A stretch of 56,246 nt of DNA from positions 1-56,246 of IMG/VR virus record IMGVR_UViG_3300015164_000001; one strand, written 5' to 3'. The DNA is from a virus. Taxonomy: Duplodnaviria > Caudoviricetes. A program made the translations under genes and the position numbers. This document shows, piece after piece, positions 36,458 to 44,688 of this stretch (position 1 is its first letter; each line of letters begins with the position of its first letter). The notes below the pieces were generated by a model that was not told the origin of the DNA, searched no databases, and saw nothing but the letters and a program-made list of their open reading frames with translations.

Positions 36458-37729
36458 AGCTGACTGAAGGGTCGCTCTGTACGGGATACAACGGCCTGGG
36501 TCTCGCGGTGGAGTCGGTGCTCGGGACCGAGCTCGCGTGGTATTCCGAGCTCGATCCGCACGCGTGCAAAGTGCTCAAGACGCATTACCCCGACGTGGCG
36601 AACCTCGGCGACCTGACCGCGCTCGACTGGGAAGGCGTGCCGCGAGTGGACGTGATCACCGCTGGCTATCCGTGCCAGCCGTTTCAGCCACGCCGGCCAG
36701 CGCAAAGGAACCGACGATGAGCGCCACCTCTGGCCCCACATCGCCGTCGCCTTGGGGGTACTTCGACCCTCGCTTGTCGTGCTCGAAAATGTCGCTGGAC
36801 ATCTTTCCCTCGGATTCGATGTCGTCCTCTCCGACCTTGCCGCCTTGGGGTATGTGGGACGGTACGGCGTTGTACGCGCTTCCGATGTCGGCGCGTGCCA
36901 TCAGCGCGCCCGACTCTTCGTTGTTGCCAAGTCCAACGACCAGCGATGCGAAGGGGCCATCTCCGAACCACGGCGGGACGACCGCCGAAGCCATCCGCGA
37001 CCTCCTGCCGACACCATCGGCGGGGAACTTCAACGACGGGGAATCGGTGGAGTCATGGACCGAGCGCCGGGACAAGCTGGCGGCGACTCATCAGAACGGG
37101 AACGGGATGGGGACACCGCTGTCGATAGCGGTGCGGACCTTGCCGACGCCGACCGTGGGCGACGCGAAGAACGCTCGGAACTCGACCGCCACTCGCCACA
37201 GGACACCGCCGACAGGAATCCATGCGGGCGACACGCTGACGGACGCCCTGGTGCCTCTGCTGCCGACGCCACGAGCGGCCCGGGGTTCATCATCGACCGA
37301 GACGGTGAACCTGCTCCCAACTCCGAGACGGGGGGGGGACGGAGGGACTGCGGAGCACTCGGACCTGTCGGGAGTGATCAAGATGCTTCCGACCCCGATG
37401 GCGAGACTCGGGGACAACCGTGGAGCGCAGGCGAAGCGGTACAAGAACCCGGAGCGGTCGAACGATCTGGACGACGCGATCGCGTGGATTGGGGAGACTA
37501 CGGCCCCGCCATCGAGCGACACGCTGCCGTCCTCGGACGGGATGCTCCCGTTCCAACCGATGATCGTGGACGTCTTGCTCCCCGATTCGTGGAGTGGATG
37601 ATGATGCTCCCCGAGGGCTGGGTGACCGACGTGGTGACCCGCCGACCGGCTGCACTCAAATGCCTCGGCAACGGCGTGGTGCCGCTCCAGGCGGCGGCGG
37701 CGCTGCGGGAGCTACTGCTCGCTCCTTGA
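36454..37729 (+). CDS. C5-cytosine DNA methyltransferase with a +1 frameshift at 36682-36685
   Basis: SLCTGYNG and GYPCQPF in one frame; ERHLWP, ENV, H.R.RLF, EWMM.LP, LGNGVVP in the +1 frame. Confidence 0.8.
36717..37601 (+). CDS. Overlapping alternative-frame ORF with six LP(T/S)P repeats (putative target-recognition subunit)
   Basis: AAGGA SD before ATG 36717; TLP.WG motif and LP(T/S)P repeats. Confidence 0.6.
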   Translation: MSATSGPTSPSPWGYFDPRLSCSKMSLDIFPSDSMSSSPTLPPWGMWDGTALYALPMSARAISAPDSSLLPSPTTSDAKGPSPNHGGTTAEAIRDLLPTPSAGNFNDGESVESWTERRDKLAATHQNGNGMGTPLSIAVRTLPTPTVGDAKNARNSTATRHRTPPTGIHAGDTLTDALVPLLPTPRAARGSSSTETVNLLPTPRRGGDGGTAEHSDLSGVIKMLPTPMARLGDNRGAQAKRYKNPERSNDLDDAIAWIGETTAPPSSDTLPSSDGMLPFQPMIVDVLLPDSWSG

Positions 37730-37755
37730 CCGCCGTCAGTCCAACGCGCTAGAGT
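37726..37755 (+). promoter_or_regulatory. SigA-like promoter with 17-bp motif copy 6
   Basis: TTGACC-N18-TAGAGT, 7 nt before ATG 37763. Confidence 0.85.
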
Positions 37756-37762
37756 TGCCAGC

Positions 37763-38038
37763 ATGACAACGACCCAAGCGCCTGACACCTTCCGCGACGT
37801 GATCAAGGCCACCGACCGTGGCGGCTATCTAGTTCGGAGCGCCTCCCGTCGGCTGCTCTGGTGGATGGTGTCCACCGAGGACGGCAAGGCCACCTGCGGC
37901 TGCGAGTTCGGCCAGACCATCACCGCCGTGTCGCAGAGAGCCTGTCGCCATCAGCGTCGCGTGCTGGCCTTCGTCAACGACGAGAACGCCCGCATGGCTC
38001 GCCCCGTCATGGCCCCGAACTACGCGGCCTTCGAGTGA
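37763..38038 (+). CDS. SWIM zinc-finger protein
   Basis: CxC...CxH. Confidence 0.7.
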   Translation: MTTTQAPDTFRDVIKATDRGGYLVRSASRRLLWWMVSTEDGKATCGCEFGQTITAVSQRACRHQRRVLAFVNDENARMARPVMAPNYAAFE

Positions 38039-38403
38039 AGATCAGCCTCACCCGCCGCGCCGCCGCGCCGTTGACCTTCGAGGGGGAGCTGCTCGCCGAA
38101 GTGTCGAGCGACGATGGCGCGAAGGACCGCTTCACCGTCGTCGCCATCTTCCGCCGCACCGATGAGACCGAGGGATGGGTGCTTCACACGCGCGGCGTCT
38201 CGCGCCTGAGCGACGAGTTGGAACTGTCCGATGCCGTGACCTGCGTGCTCGCCGAGGACGTGGTGCGCGCCCTGATGAAGTCGGACTCCTCGAGCGGGAC
38301 GAGGCGGTACTACATGACGGAACTCGGATTGGAACTGCTGGCCGAAGCGGCCGAGGTCGACGAGCGGCTCGCGGTGCTGGCCGAGGTCGAGGACCTGGTG
38401 TGA
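38035..38403 (+). CDS. Hypothetical protein
   Basis: GTGA overlap; FEGELLA.VSS...R motif. Confidence 0.65.
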   Translation: MKISLTRRAAAPLTFEGELLAEVSSDDGAKDRFTVVAIFRRTDETEGWVLHTRGVSRLSDELELSDAVTCVLAEDVVRALMKSDSSSGTRRYYMTELGLELLAEAAEVDERLAVLAEVEDLV

Positions 38404-38404
38404 T

Positions 38405-38605
38405 GTGGCATCCGTTGTGCACCAACTGATCGAGCACAAGGGCGAAGGGGCGAACGGCAACGCGCCATACCGACTGTCGGCGCGCTGCGGTCATAGCGAG
38501 CAACGCCGGACGCTCGCTGAGTCGTTCCCCGAGTCCTTCACCGGGTGGGCATCGCGAGTGACCTGCGAAACCTGTCTCAAGCGCGACGTAGCCCCCGCAT
38601 CCTGA
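38405..38605 (+). CDS. Small Zn-finger-like protein, copy 2
   Basis: Paralog of 30050..30241 (HQLIEHKG, LSARCG, FPESFTGW, RVTC..C). Confidence 0.75.
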   Translation: MASVVHQLIEHKGEGANGNAPYRLSARCGHSEQRRTLAESFPESFTGWASRVTCETCLKRDVAPAS

Positions 38606-38972
38606 TCGGCAGGAAGGAGGGCTACGCTGGCTCGCATGGGACGAGAGGCTCACGATACATCGGGCGACTGACGCGCCGGGCAGTGCCCGATGACATCAGC
38701 CCAACTCACCGCGTAGAGGGTGGGATCACCTGATATCGAAACCTGTGGTCTGCTGCGATTCGGGACACCGCTATTCCTGGCCGTGAACGCCAGCAAGGAG
38801 CGAAGCCGAGCCAGCCCAGCGCAAGCTGGCGGGCGCGTACCTGACACGAAAGTCAGGGAGGGTGGCGGTCGCTAATCCATAACGCGGCCGTTGGTTGCAG
38901 GCTTCGGGACCTTTCATTGCTGACTACGGCTTCGGCTTTGCCATTCGCTTCCCTGATCACAGGCGAATGGGG
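38588..38972 (+). ncRNA. Large structured RNA, copy 2
   Basis: Homologous to copy 1 with compensatory changes. Confidence 0.7.
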
Positions 38973-39004
38973 CAAGGGCGCGGGCGTTGTGTAAGGCTCG
39001 CGGG

Positions 39005-39496
39005 ATGGCCTCGAAGTGGGTGGCCGCGCTGGTGCTCGTTTCGCTGGGGATGGCGGGATGCGGCAGGACCCACGGCGCGCGCCCGGACACGATCTGGACC
39101 CGCTCAGTCCCGCCGCCCGCCGCGGTCAACGACTACGACCAGCGAGGATTCGACCTAGAACTCGCTCTCCGCTCGCTGGCGGCCCGCGACGCCCTGATAC
39201 CGCGCTCGGGCCATCCGAACGCACCACGGGCAACCAGGGGCACTCCACGGAGCCGAATCGGTGGGGATGTGCTGAGTCGCATCGCCCAATGCGAGAGCCA
39301 CGGCAATCCGACGGACGTGAACCGCACGAGCGGCGCCGGTGGGATTTATCAGTACTTGCCGTCGACGTGGAACAACTACGCGGGCTTCGCCCGAGCGCAG
39401 GACGCCCCGCCCGAAGTACAGGAGGCACGGGCCCGCGCCGACCTCGCCCGCATCGGGACGCGCCCATGGGCCTCGTCGCGGCATTGTTGGGGCTAG
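39005..39496 (+). CDS. Rpf-like transglycosylase, possible lipoprotein
   Basis: IAQCESHGN...GIYQY..STW...A..APPEVQ...PW; signal peptide ending MAGC. Confidence 0.85.
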   Translation: MASKWVAALVLVSLGMAGCGRTHGARPDTIWTRSVPPPAAVNDYDQRGFDLELALRSLAARDALIPRSGHPNAPRATRGTPRSRIGGDVLSRIAQCESHGNPTDVNRTSGAGGIYQYLPSTWNNYAGFARAQDAPPEVQEARARADLARIGTRPWASSRHCWG

Positions 39497-39505
39497 TCGG
39501 GAGCG

Positions 39506-39522
39506 GTCCAACGCGCTAGAGT
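39506..39522 (+). promoter_or_regulatory. 17-bp motif copy 7
   Basis: 7 nt before ATG 39530, which opens a 9-codon minigene. Confidence 0.75.
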
Positions 39523-39558
39523 GGACCGCATGACACTGACCCGAACCAAGGCCCGCTG

Positions 39559-39723
39559 ATGGGCCGCCGCCCGCGCTTCAAAGTTCACTTCGCGATGGCC
39601 GACGACCTGCGCACCGCGTGTCAGGAGACGCTCAACGACGTGGCGCGCTCGACTCGCAAAGTGCAGGAGACGACCTGCGCTCGCTGTTTGGCTCACGACC
39701 TCGTGAAACTGGCGGCGCGCTGA
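39559..39723 (+). CDS. Small H/C-rich protein
   Basis: VH...TAC...TCARC; TGATG overlaps. Confidence 0.6.
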   Translation: MGRRPRFKVHFAMADDLRTACQETLNDVARSTRKVQETTCARCLAHDLVKLAAR

Positions 39724-39941
39724 TGGCCTCCAGCCTCCAGTACGGCGACACCTGCGGCGAGGGAACGCCGTATGGCTGCGGGCGCGGCATCCCGGACGGC
39801 GAGCGCGCCCACATCGTCGTCAACGGCCGCAAGCCCATCCGCGCCGGCGAGTCACCGCACGTCCTCTTCCATTTGGACTGCTGCGTCTGCTCGACGCATC
39901 CCGAGCGGGTCGAGCCGTGGAAGGCCAAGGTCAACGCGTGA
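39723..39941 (+). CDS. Small Cys-rich protein
   Basis: TGATG overlap. Confidence 0.5.
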   Translation: MASSLQYGDTCGEGTPYGCGRGIPDGERAHIVVNGRKPIRAGESPHVLFHLDCCVCSTHPERVEPWKAKVNA

Positions 39942-40193
39942 CAACGCCCAAGCGGAGCCTTTTGTGTCACGTCCGATGAAGCTCAAACGAGGGATGAAGC
40001 AGCCCCCTAACCCACCTGCATCAGCAGGGAGCGTGCCGCAACCTCCGCCGCCGCCGCTTGGCTCGGGCGATAGGGATGCCCGCTGTGTCTGTGGACACAT
40101 GGGAATGCACCATCGCGCGCTACATCTCGGAAATCGCATTTGCGGTTTGGGGTCATGTCCTTGTGCTGTGTTCCGAACCAGTGGAGGAAGCTC

Positions 40194-40418
40194 GTGAGCG
40201 ACGAGTCCTATTCGTTCTCGATCGGTGGACTGTATGACAGCCCAGTCGAGAATCCCGACCGCCCGAACCGAATGTTCATGCGCCTCGCTCGCAGTTTGCA
40301 TAACGAGTTATGCGATCACCAGGAGAGGTGCGGATGGTACGCCGAAGGTCGGGAGAATTGGGAGGGTATCTGTCATATCCGTTGGTACGACATCGCCGAA
40401 CGGATATATCCATCGTGA
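40194..40418 (+). CDS. Hypothetical protein
   Basis: GGAGG SD; LH..LC.H...CGW. Confidence 0.55.
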   Translation: MSDESYSFSIGGLYDSPVENPDRPNRMFMRLARSLHNELCDHQERCGWYAEGRENWEGICHIRWYDIAERIYPS

Positions 40419-40561
40419 GCATCCGCCCGATCTTCGCTTGGTACGACCTGTGGGTGGGTGTATTCGTCGATCGTCCGAAGCGGCGGATCTACATCTTCCC
40501 GATCCCTTGTGTCGGGCTAGTGCTCACCTGGAGGTCGCAGTCGCTTGAGTGGCGGCCTTGA
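40415..40561 (+). CDS. Small conserved phage protein
   Basis: FAWYDLWVG.F.D.....YI.P.PC.G motif. Confidence 0.6.
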   Translation: MSIRPIFAWYDLWVGVFVDRPKRRIYIFPIPCVGLVLTWRSQSLEWRP

Positions 40562-40794
40562 GTGGCGGCCACGAGTCCGGTCGAGGGCATCGGCGTGGTC
40601 GAAGCGATGACGCCGCCCGCTCGCGTACTTCCGCCGTTCGATTACCTCACCGGGCTGGCGTCAACCAAACGGATCTGCGGTGAGCCGCTCGTCGTTGCCT
40701 CGGGTGCCGAGGGCGTGGTTCTCAGATCGTCATCGGTCTACGTCTGCACGAAGCCGGACCCGTGCCCATTGCATCCACGAAAGGGAGAACGACG

Positions 40795-41067
40795 ATGGCC
40801 TATCCAGTGACCGAAACATGCCACGACTGCGGGGTCGAGTATCCGTACCCCGTCAGCCACCATCACGTCGACGAGGAGTGCCAAGCCAATCAAAAGGCAG
40901 ATCGGTCGGAGCTGCTTGCCACCCTAGGCATCGACTTCGACGCCACCGAGGCTGAGGTGCTCGAAGAAATACGTAACAACATCTTTCGTGGACCGCTGTC
41001 AACGCTAGGGGCTAAGGGCGCAGGCGAGATCGCTAACGCCGTCTGGCGTAAGGCGTTGGAGGGGTGA
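40795..41067 (+). CDS. Hypothetical protein
   Basis: GGGAG SD; CHDC. Confidence 0.55.
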   Translation: MAYPVTETCHDCGVEYPYPVSHHHVDEECQANQKADRSELLATLGIDFDATEAEVLEEIRNNIFRGPLSTLGAKGAGEIANAVWRKALEG

Positions 41068-41627
41068 CGGGCTACGGCAAAGATGTTGGCGCGGTAGAGG
41101 CGGTATCGCTGCACTGGCGACTGCTCCTAACTCGCGTGCCCTACTACTGGAGGCACCGCCGGTGGATCGGCCTGGCGCGGTCGGTGCTCTGGTTCGTCCT
41201 CGGTCACTGTGGCGAAGACTGCATGGAGTGCGGAAGTCGCTACCGGCTCTGGTGGTCGCCGCAGCCGTTGTGGAACGAACTCATGCCCTCTACCGGAGGG
41301 CTGCTGTGTCTGGATTGCTTTGACGCCAAGGCCAAGGCAAAAGGCATTCTCGTCCACTGGTCGCCAATTGTCGTCAGCCGCAACAAAGTGCCAACAACGA
41401 ATCATTGGTCCGATCCGGTGCGAGATCGGCTGCTGGTCGGGGACCTAGATCCTGACTCGTACGAGCGCGGTCCGGCTCCTATCTGGCAGACGGTCGGTGA
41501 CGCGCTCGGTTGGGATCTGCCGTCCTACTATTACGACGGCGCGTTCCCGCGTAGCGAACGAATCTGTTCTGAGCCTTCCATCGTCGAGCAAAATGCGATG
41601 GGCGTGCGAACGGGCACGCCGTGGTAG
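41064..41627 (+). CDS. Hypothetical Zn-ribbon protein
   Basis: GGAGG SD; CMECG...LW...G.LC..CF. Confidence 0.6.
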   Translation: MTGYGKDVGAVEAVSLHWRLLLTRVPYYWRHRRWIGLARSVLWFVLGHCGEDCMECGSRYRLWWSPQPLWNELMPSTGGLLCLDCFDAKAKAKGILVHWSPIVVSRNKVPTTNHWSDPVRDRLLVGDLDPDSYERGPAPIWQTVGDALGWDLPSYYYDGAFPRSERICSEPSIVEQNAMGVRTGTPW

Positions 41628-41647
41628 GCACAAACCGAGGCGCAGCC

Positions 41648-41911
41648 ATGAGCGCCCGCTACGTCGAGCATGGTCCGCTCTCATATCAGCAGCACACCGA
41701 CTGGCGATGCTCCACGGCGGCATGGCGGCGAGGGAAGTGGCGGCCTGTCGTAAGCGTTCGCTTCGGCCGCGCTGCCAAGCCGGCGATCGGCATCTTCCTC
41801 GACAGGGACGAGGAAGGGACGTGGATGCTCGCCATCGCAGGGATCGTGTTCGATGTGATGGCCCAACTGACGGGACCGTGGCAAGTGACACACACCGAGG
41901 CGCAGCCATGA
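41648..41911 (+). CDS. Cassette ORF 1 (ends VTHTEAQP)
   Basis: Starts and ends in junction repeats. Confidence 0.65.
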   Translation: MSARYVEHGPLSYQQHTDWRCSTAAWRRGKWRPVVSVRFGRAAKPAIGIFLDRDEEGTWMLAIAGIVFDVMAQLTGPWQVTHTEAQP

Positions 41912-42114
41912 GCATGAACGACGGGCGCACCAGGCCGCGATCGGCAGAACTCGACGCGGTAGGGGCTGAGTTGCTCAACCTACGAGCGGAGAACGAACGT
42001 CTGCTTTTTCTGCTCGACGAGGCGCATGGCGTCGTAACTGGCTGTCGGGAGTGGCGCTGCGGTTGCAAGAGCGAGGCGCTGTTCTACCTGGCACAAACCG
42101 CGGCGCAGCCATGA
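41908..42114 (+). CDS. Cassette ORF 2 (ends AQTAAQP)
   Basis: Starts and ends in junction repeats. Confidence 0.65.
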   Translation: MSMNDGRTRPRSAELDAVGAELLNLRAENERLLFLLDEAHGVVTGCREWRCGCKSEALFYLAQTAAQP

Positions 42115-42386
42115 AGTGTCGATGCGTCTGGCATGGCGTCAATTGCAAAAAGGACGCTACCCAAGAGGACGGACTGTGTGACTGGTGCGGTGAGCGTCGA
42201 GTCGATGACTTGAAGAACAACCCGTTCGCCATGTGGAGTATGCACGGCGAGTTTCTTGGCCTCGGTGGCGGCACCGCTACCGGCTACAACCACCAAGCCG
42301 GTTGGGACTCAATCCCTGACAGCGTTCGGCCAACGGCCTGCTGGATGGAACAGAAGCAAGTGACGCACACCGAGGCGCAGCCATGA
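42111..42386 (+). CDS. Cassette ORF 3, Cys-rich (ends VTHTEAQP)
   Basis: Starts and ends in junction repeats. Confidence 0.65.
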   Translation: MKCRCVWHGVNCKKDATQEDGLCDWCGERRVDDLKNNPFAMWSMHGEFLGLGGGTATGYNHQAGWDSIPDSVRPTACWMEQKQVTHTEAQP

Positions 42387-42649
42387 GCGACTTCTACAGC
42401 ACTGAGGCGCGGGAGAACACGCTGAAGGCTCTTGACGACGCTGCCGAACTCCGCTCGCCCGATCTCGTGGTCGGCTTGCAGCGCGAGCGAGTGCCGATAA
42501 TGACCTACGCCGACGCTTACTACTGGTCGTGCCGGGTGTGCGGCTGGCTAGGAACGGGCCTCGGATCAATCGACTCAGCACAGGCCGAGGGCGCCACACA
42601 TTGGCGCGGCGAGCACGCACGCGAGTTCGACATCGAGGCGCAGCCATGA
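42383..42649 (+). CDS. Cassette ORF 4 (ends IEAQP)
   Basis: C..CGW...H motif; junction repeats. Confidence 0.65.
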   Translation: MSDFYSTEARENTLKALDDAAELRSPDLVVGLQRERVPIMTYADAYYWSCRVCGWLGTGLGSIDSAQAEGATHWRGEHAREFDIEAQP

Positions 42650-42882
42650 GCGCCTACACGCCGCCGGACCTGCATCCTGGGCGGTGTCTGAATCACCGCA
42701 TGGTGGGGACCGAAGTGCTGCGTTGTATCGACTACGAGAACGCCGAGCATGTCTGCCACTTCATCGTGCCGACACACACGATAACGAGCGGGCATCTTGG
42801 TCCTTCGACCATCTACTACAAGCGCCCAGCCGAGCCGTGGGTCAAGCCTGGCGACCTGACACAAACCGAGGCGCAGCCATGA
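42646..42882 (+). CDS. Cassette ORF 5 (ends LTQTEAQP)
   Basis: Starts and ends in junction repeats. Confidence 0.65.
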   Translation: MSAYTPPDLHPGRCLNHRMVGTEVLRCIDYENAEHVCHFIVPTHTITSGHLGPSTIYYKRPAEPWVKPGDLTQTEAQP

Positions 42883-43166
42883 GCGCCTATCCCGCTGACG
42901 AGGACTTCGTGGTCGACATCGGCGACCGCCACTTCCTGATGGAGTGGGGAACGTCTGATCCACCGTTCGAGGTTGTCGGCTACCTGTGGCACCACGACGG
43001 GCCGACGCCACGGTGCAGGTCGTGGGGTTGGTTCGGGCGCAAGGACGGCAAAGAGTCGGGGCATCGCATTGTGTCGCACGACCCGCTCACCGTCGAAGGC
43101 TCGCTGATCTGCGAGGACTGTGGCGACCACGGATTCATTCGCGAAGGGCGATGGGTGAAGGCATGA
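42879..43166 (+). CDS. Cassette ORF 6, Zn-binding-like
   Basis: PLTV..SL.C..CG.HGFIR.GRW motif. Confidence 0.7.
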   Translation: MSAYPADEDFVVDIGDRHFLMEWGTSDPPFEVVGYLWHHDGPTPRCRSWGWFGRKDGKESGHRIVSHDPLTVEGSLICEDCGDHGFIREGRWVKA

Positions 43167-43351
43167 GCCGAGTGTCCGCGCTACGAGAGCAGGCCCGTGA
43201 GGCCGCCAAGCAACGCTATCTAGCGCCTCCGTGGCAAGAACTGGCGAGTGAAAGTGCCGATGCCGCCAGCGACGTGTGGCAGCCCGAGGTCGAACGCCTG
43301 CGTGCGGCGCTGGCATCGAAAGTGACACAAACCGAGGCGAGTGCGGAATGA
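43163..43351 (+). CDS. Cassette ORF 7 (ends VTQTEASAE)
   Basis: Shares ADAASDVWQPEVERLRA with 49248..49757. Confidence 0.6.
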   Translation: MSRVSALREQAREAAKQRYLAPPWQELASESADAASDVWQPEVERLRAALASKVTQTEASAE

Positions 43352-43569
43352 CCGTCGACCCCGAAGTCACGGACCACCGCCTGCGCACCCCGCCGAGCCT
43401 GACCGACCGAGACAAGGCGGTCGGACTCCGTTGCCCGTCGCGCTCCCCCGCGCTTGGTCTGCCCTGCGCCCGCGTGCCGCACCTGGCCGAGGAGCACCAC
43501 GTCGGCGCGATCGCGGATCAGAGGACTACGCCGCCGACGCTGCTGTGGTATCGGTGGTCCGATGGCTGA
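43348..43569 (+). CDS. Hypothetical protein
   Basis: ATGA overlap. Confidence 0.5.
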   Translation: MTVDPEVTDHRLRTPPSLTDRDKAVGLRCPSRSPALGLPCARVPHLAEEHHVGAIADQRTTPPTLLWYRWSDG

Positions 43570-43807
43570 CGAGGGCGATGCCGAGGCCATCCTGAATGCT
43601 CTACGGGGACGACCGAGGCGCCTGCCGTGGGCCACTTACAGCGGTAACGGCTATCGGCGTGTCGATCGGGGCGCCATCGCATCAAACGAGGTTGCTAGAG
43701 CACGGGGCCGCGCGCTGTCCCGCTTGAAGGCTGCTCATCCCGACGAGTTCGAGCGGTACTACATCGACGAGCAGTGGAAGATCGCTGCCACGGATGCGTC
43801 AGCATGA
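43562..43807 (+). CDS. Hypothetical protein
   Basis: RAR.RAL.RL...H.DEF..YY motif. Confidence 0.6.
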   Translation: MADEGDAEAILNALRGRPRRLPWATYSGNGYRRVDRGAIASNEVARARGRALSRLKAAHPDEFERYYIDEQWKIAATDASA

Positions 43808-44172
43808 TCCGCCGCCGTAAGCCCCTCGCGCGCACCGCCCTGAAGCGCACGCGAAGGACGCGCATCGCGCCAGTCAGTGCCAAGCGCGCGGCACTGGCCG
43901 ACGAACGGCGCGCCTTCGTGGCCGAGATCCTGCACAAGCGCGCCTGGTGCGAAGCCTGCCTGGCGCTGTCGGGCCATGACCGCGTGGTGAACATCCGCCA
44001 TGCCGTCGACGTGCATGAACGCTGGACCCGCGCGCAAGGCGGGCCGATCGTCCCGAGCCAAGGACTGACGCCGGAGATGGTCGTCGCCGTCTGTCGTCAG
44101 TGCCACGATTACATCCACGACCACCCCGCCGCGGCCATCCAGCTCGGTTTGTTGCGCGGCGTCCTCGGATGA
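43804..44172 (+). CDS. HNH-like nuclease
   Basis: CEAC, DVHE...R.QGG, VCRQCHDYIH.HP..A...GLL. Confidence 0.7.
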   Translation: MIRRRKPLARTALKRTRRTRIAPVSAKRAALADERRAFVAEILHKRAWCEACLALSGHDRVVNIRHAVDVHERWTRAQGGPIVPSQGLTPEMVVAVCRQCHDYIHDHPAAAIQLGLLRGVLG

Positions 44173-44531
44173 TGACCACCTGCCCCCATGGCGACCCGAC
44201 GTGCCCGTGTCCCGACTTCGTTGAGGGCCGGTACGACCCATGTCACTACGAAGGCGCGGACGCGATGGAGTGCCCGACGATCCCGAACATGACGGCGATC
44301 GGAGCCTGGGCGCACTGCCACGTCGAGGGGTGCTCATGGCGAGCCAGCGTCAGAGGCGGTCGCACCATCGGCGAGTGTGGCCTGATAAAGCTCGGGCTAC
44401 CGCCTGCGATGGTGACACCTGATGGCGAACGGGTTTGGTCGATGACCCAGGCGCGGCCGGGACTGATCGGGTGGGCGTGTGGATGGTTGCGGACGCCGCT
44501 GAACGTTGGATGGCGGGAGGTACCTGAGTGA
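44169..44531 (+). CDS. Cys-rich hypothetical protein
   Basis: CPH.DP.CPC.D...CHYE. Confidence 0.55.
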   Translation: MMTTCPHGDPTCPCPDFVEGRYDPCHYEGADAMECPTIPNMTAIGAWAHCHVEGCSWRASVRGGRTIGECGLIKLGLPPAMVTPDGERVWSMTQARPGLIGWACGWLRTPLNVGWREVPE

Positions 44532-44688
44532 CCATCCCCAAGCGCTGCGAGAAATGCCGTCGCCGGCTGTTCGACGGCGAGTACCACATCTGTGAGCGCG
44601 AGGACGCCCCGAAGCCCAAGCCACCGCGCAAGAACACCACGGGTGAGCTACGCCCTCGCCGGCCCCTGAGCGCTCAGTGGATCGACGA

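Larger units (their letters stand above)
41627..43351 (+). repeat. Array of junction repeats (G/TG)(A/C)CACA(A/C)ACCGAGGCGCAGCCATGAGCG separating small ORFs
   Basis: Copies with ATG at 41648, 41908, 42111, 42383, 42646, 42879, plus a partial copy at 43321-43339. Confidence 0.9.

Noticed and set aside
41627-43351. CRISPR array
   Set aside because: Spacers are about 200-270 bp open reading frames, repeats are degenerate, and no cas genes are present
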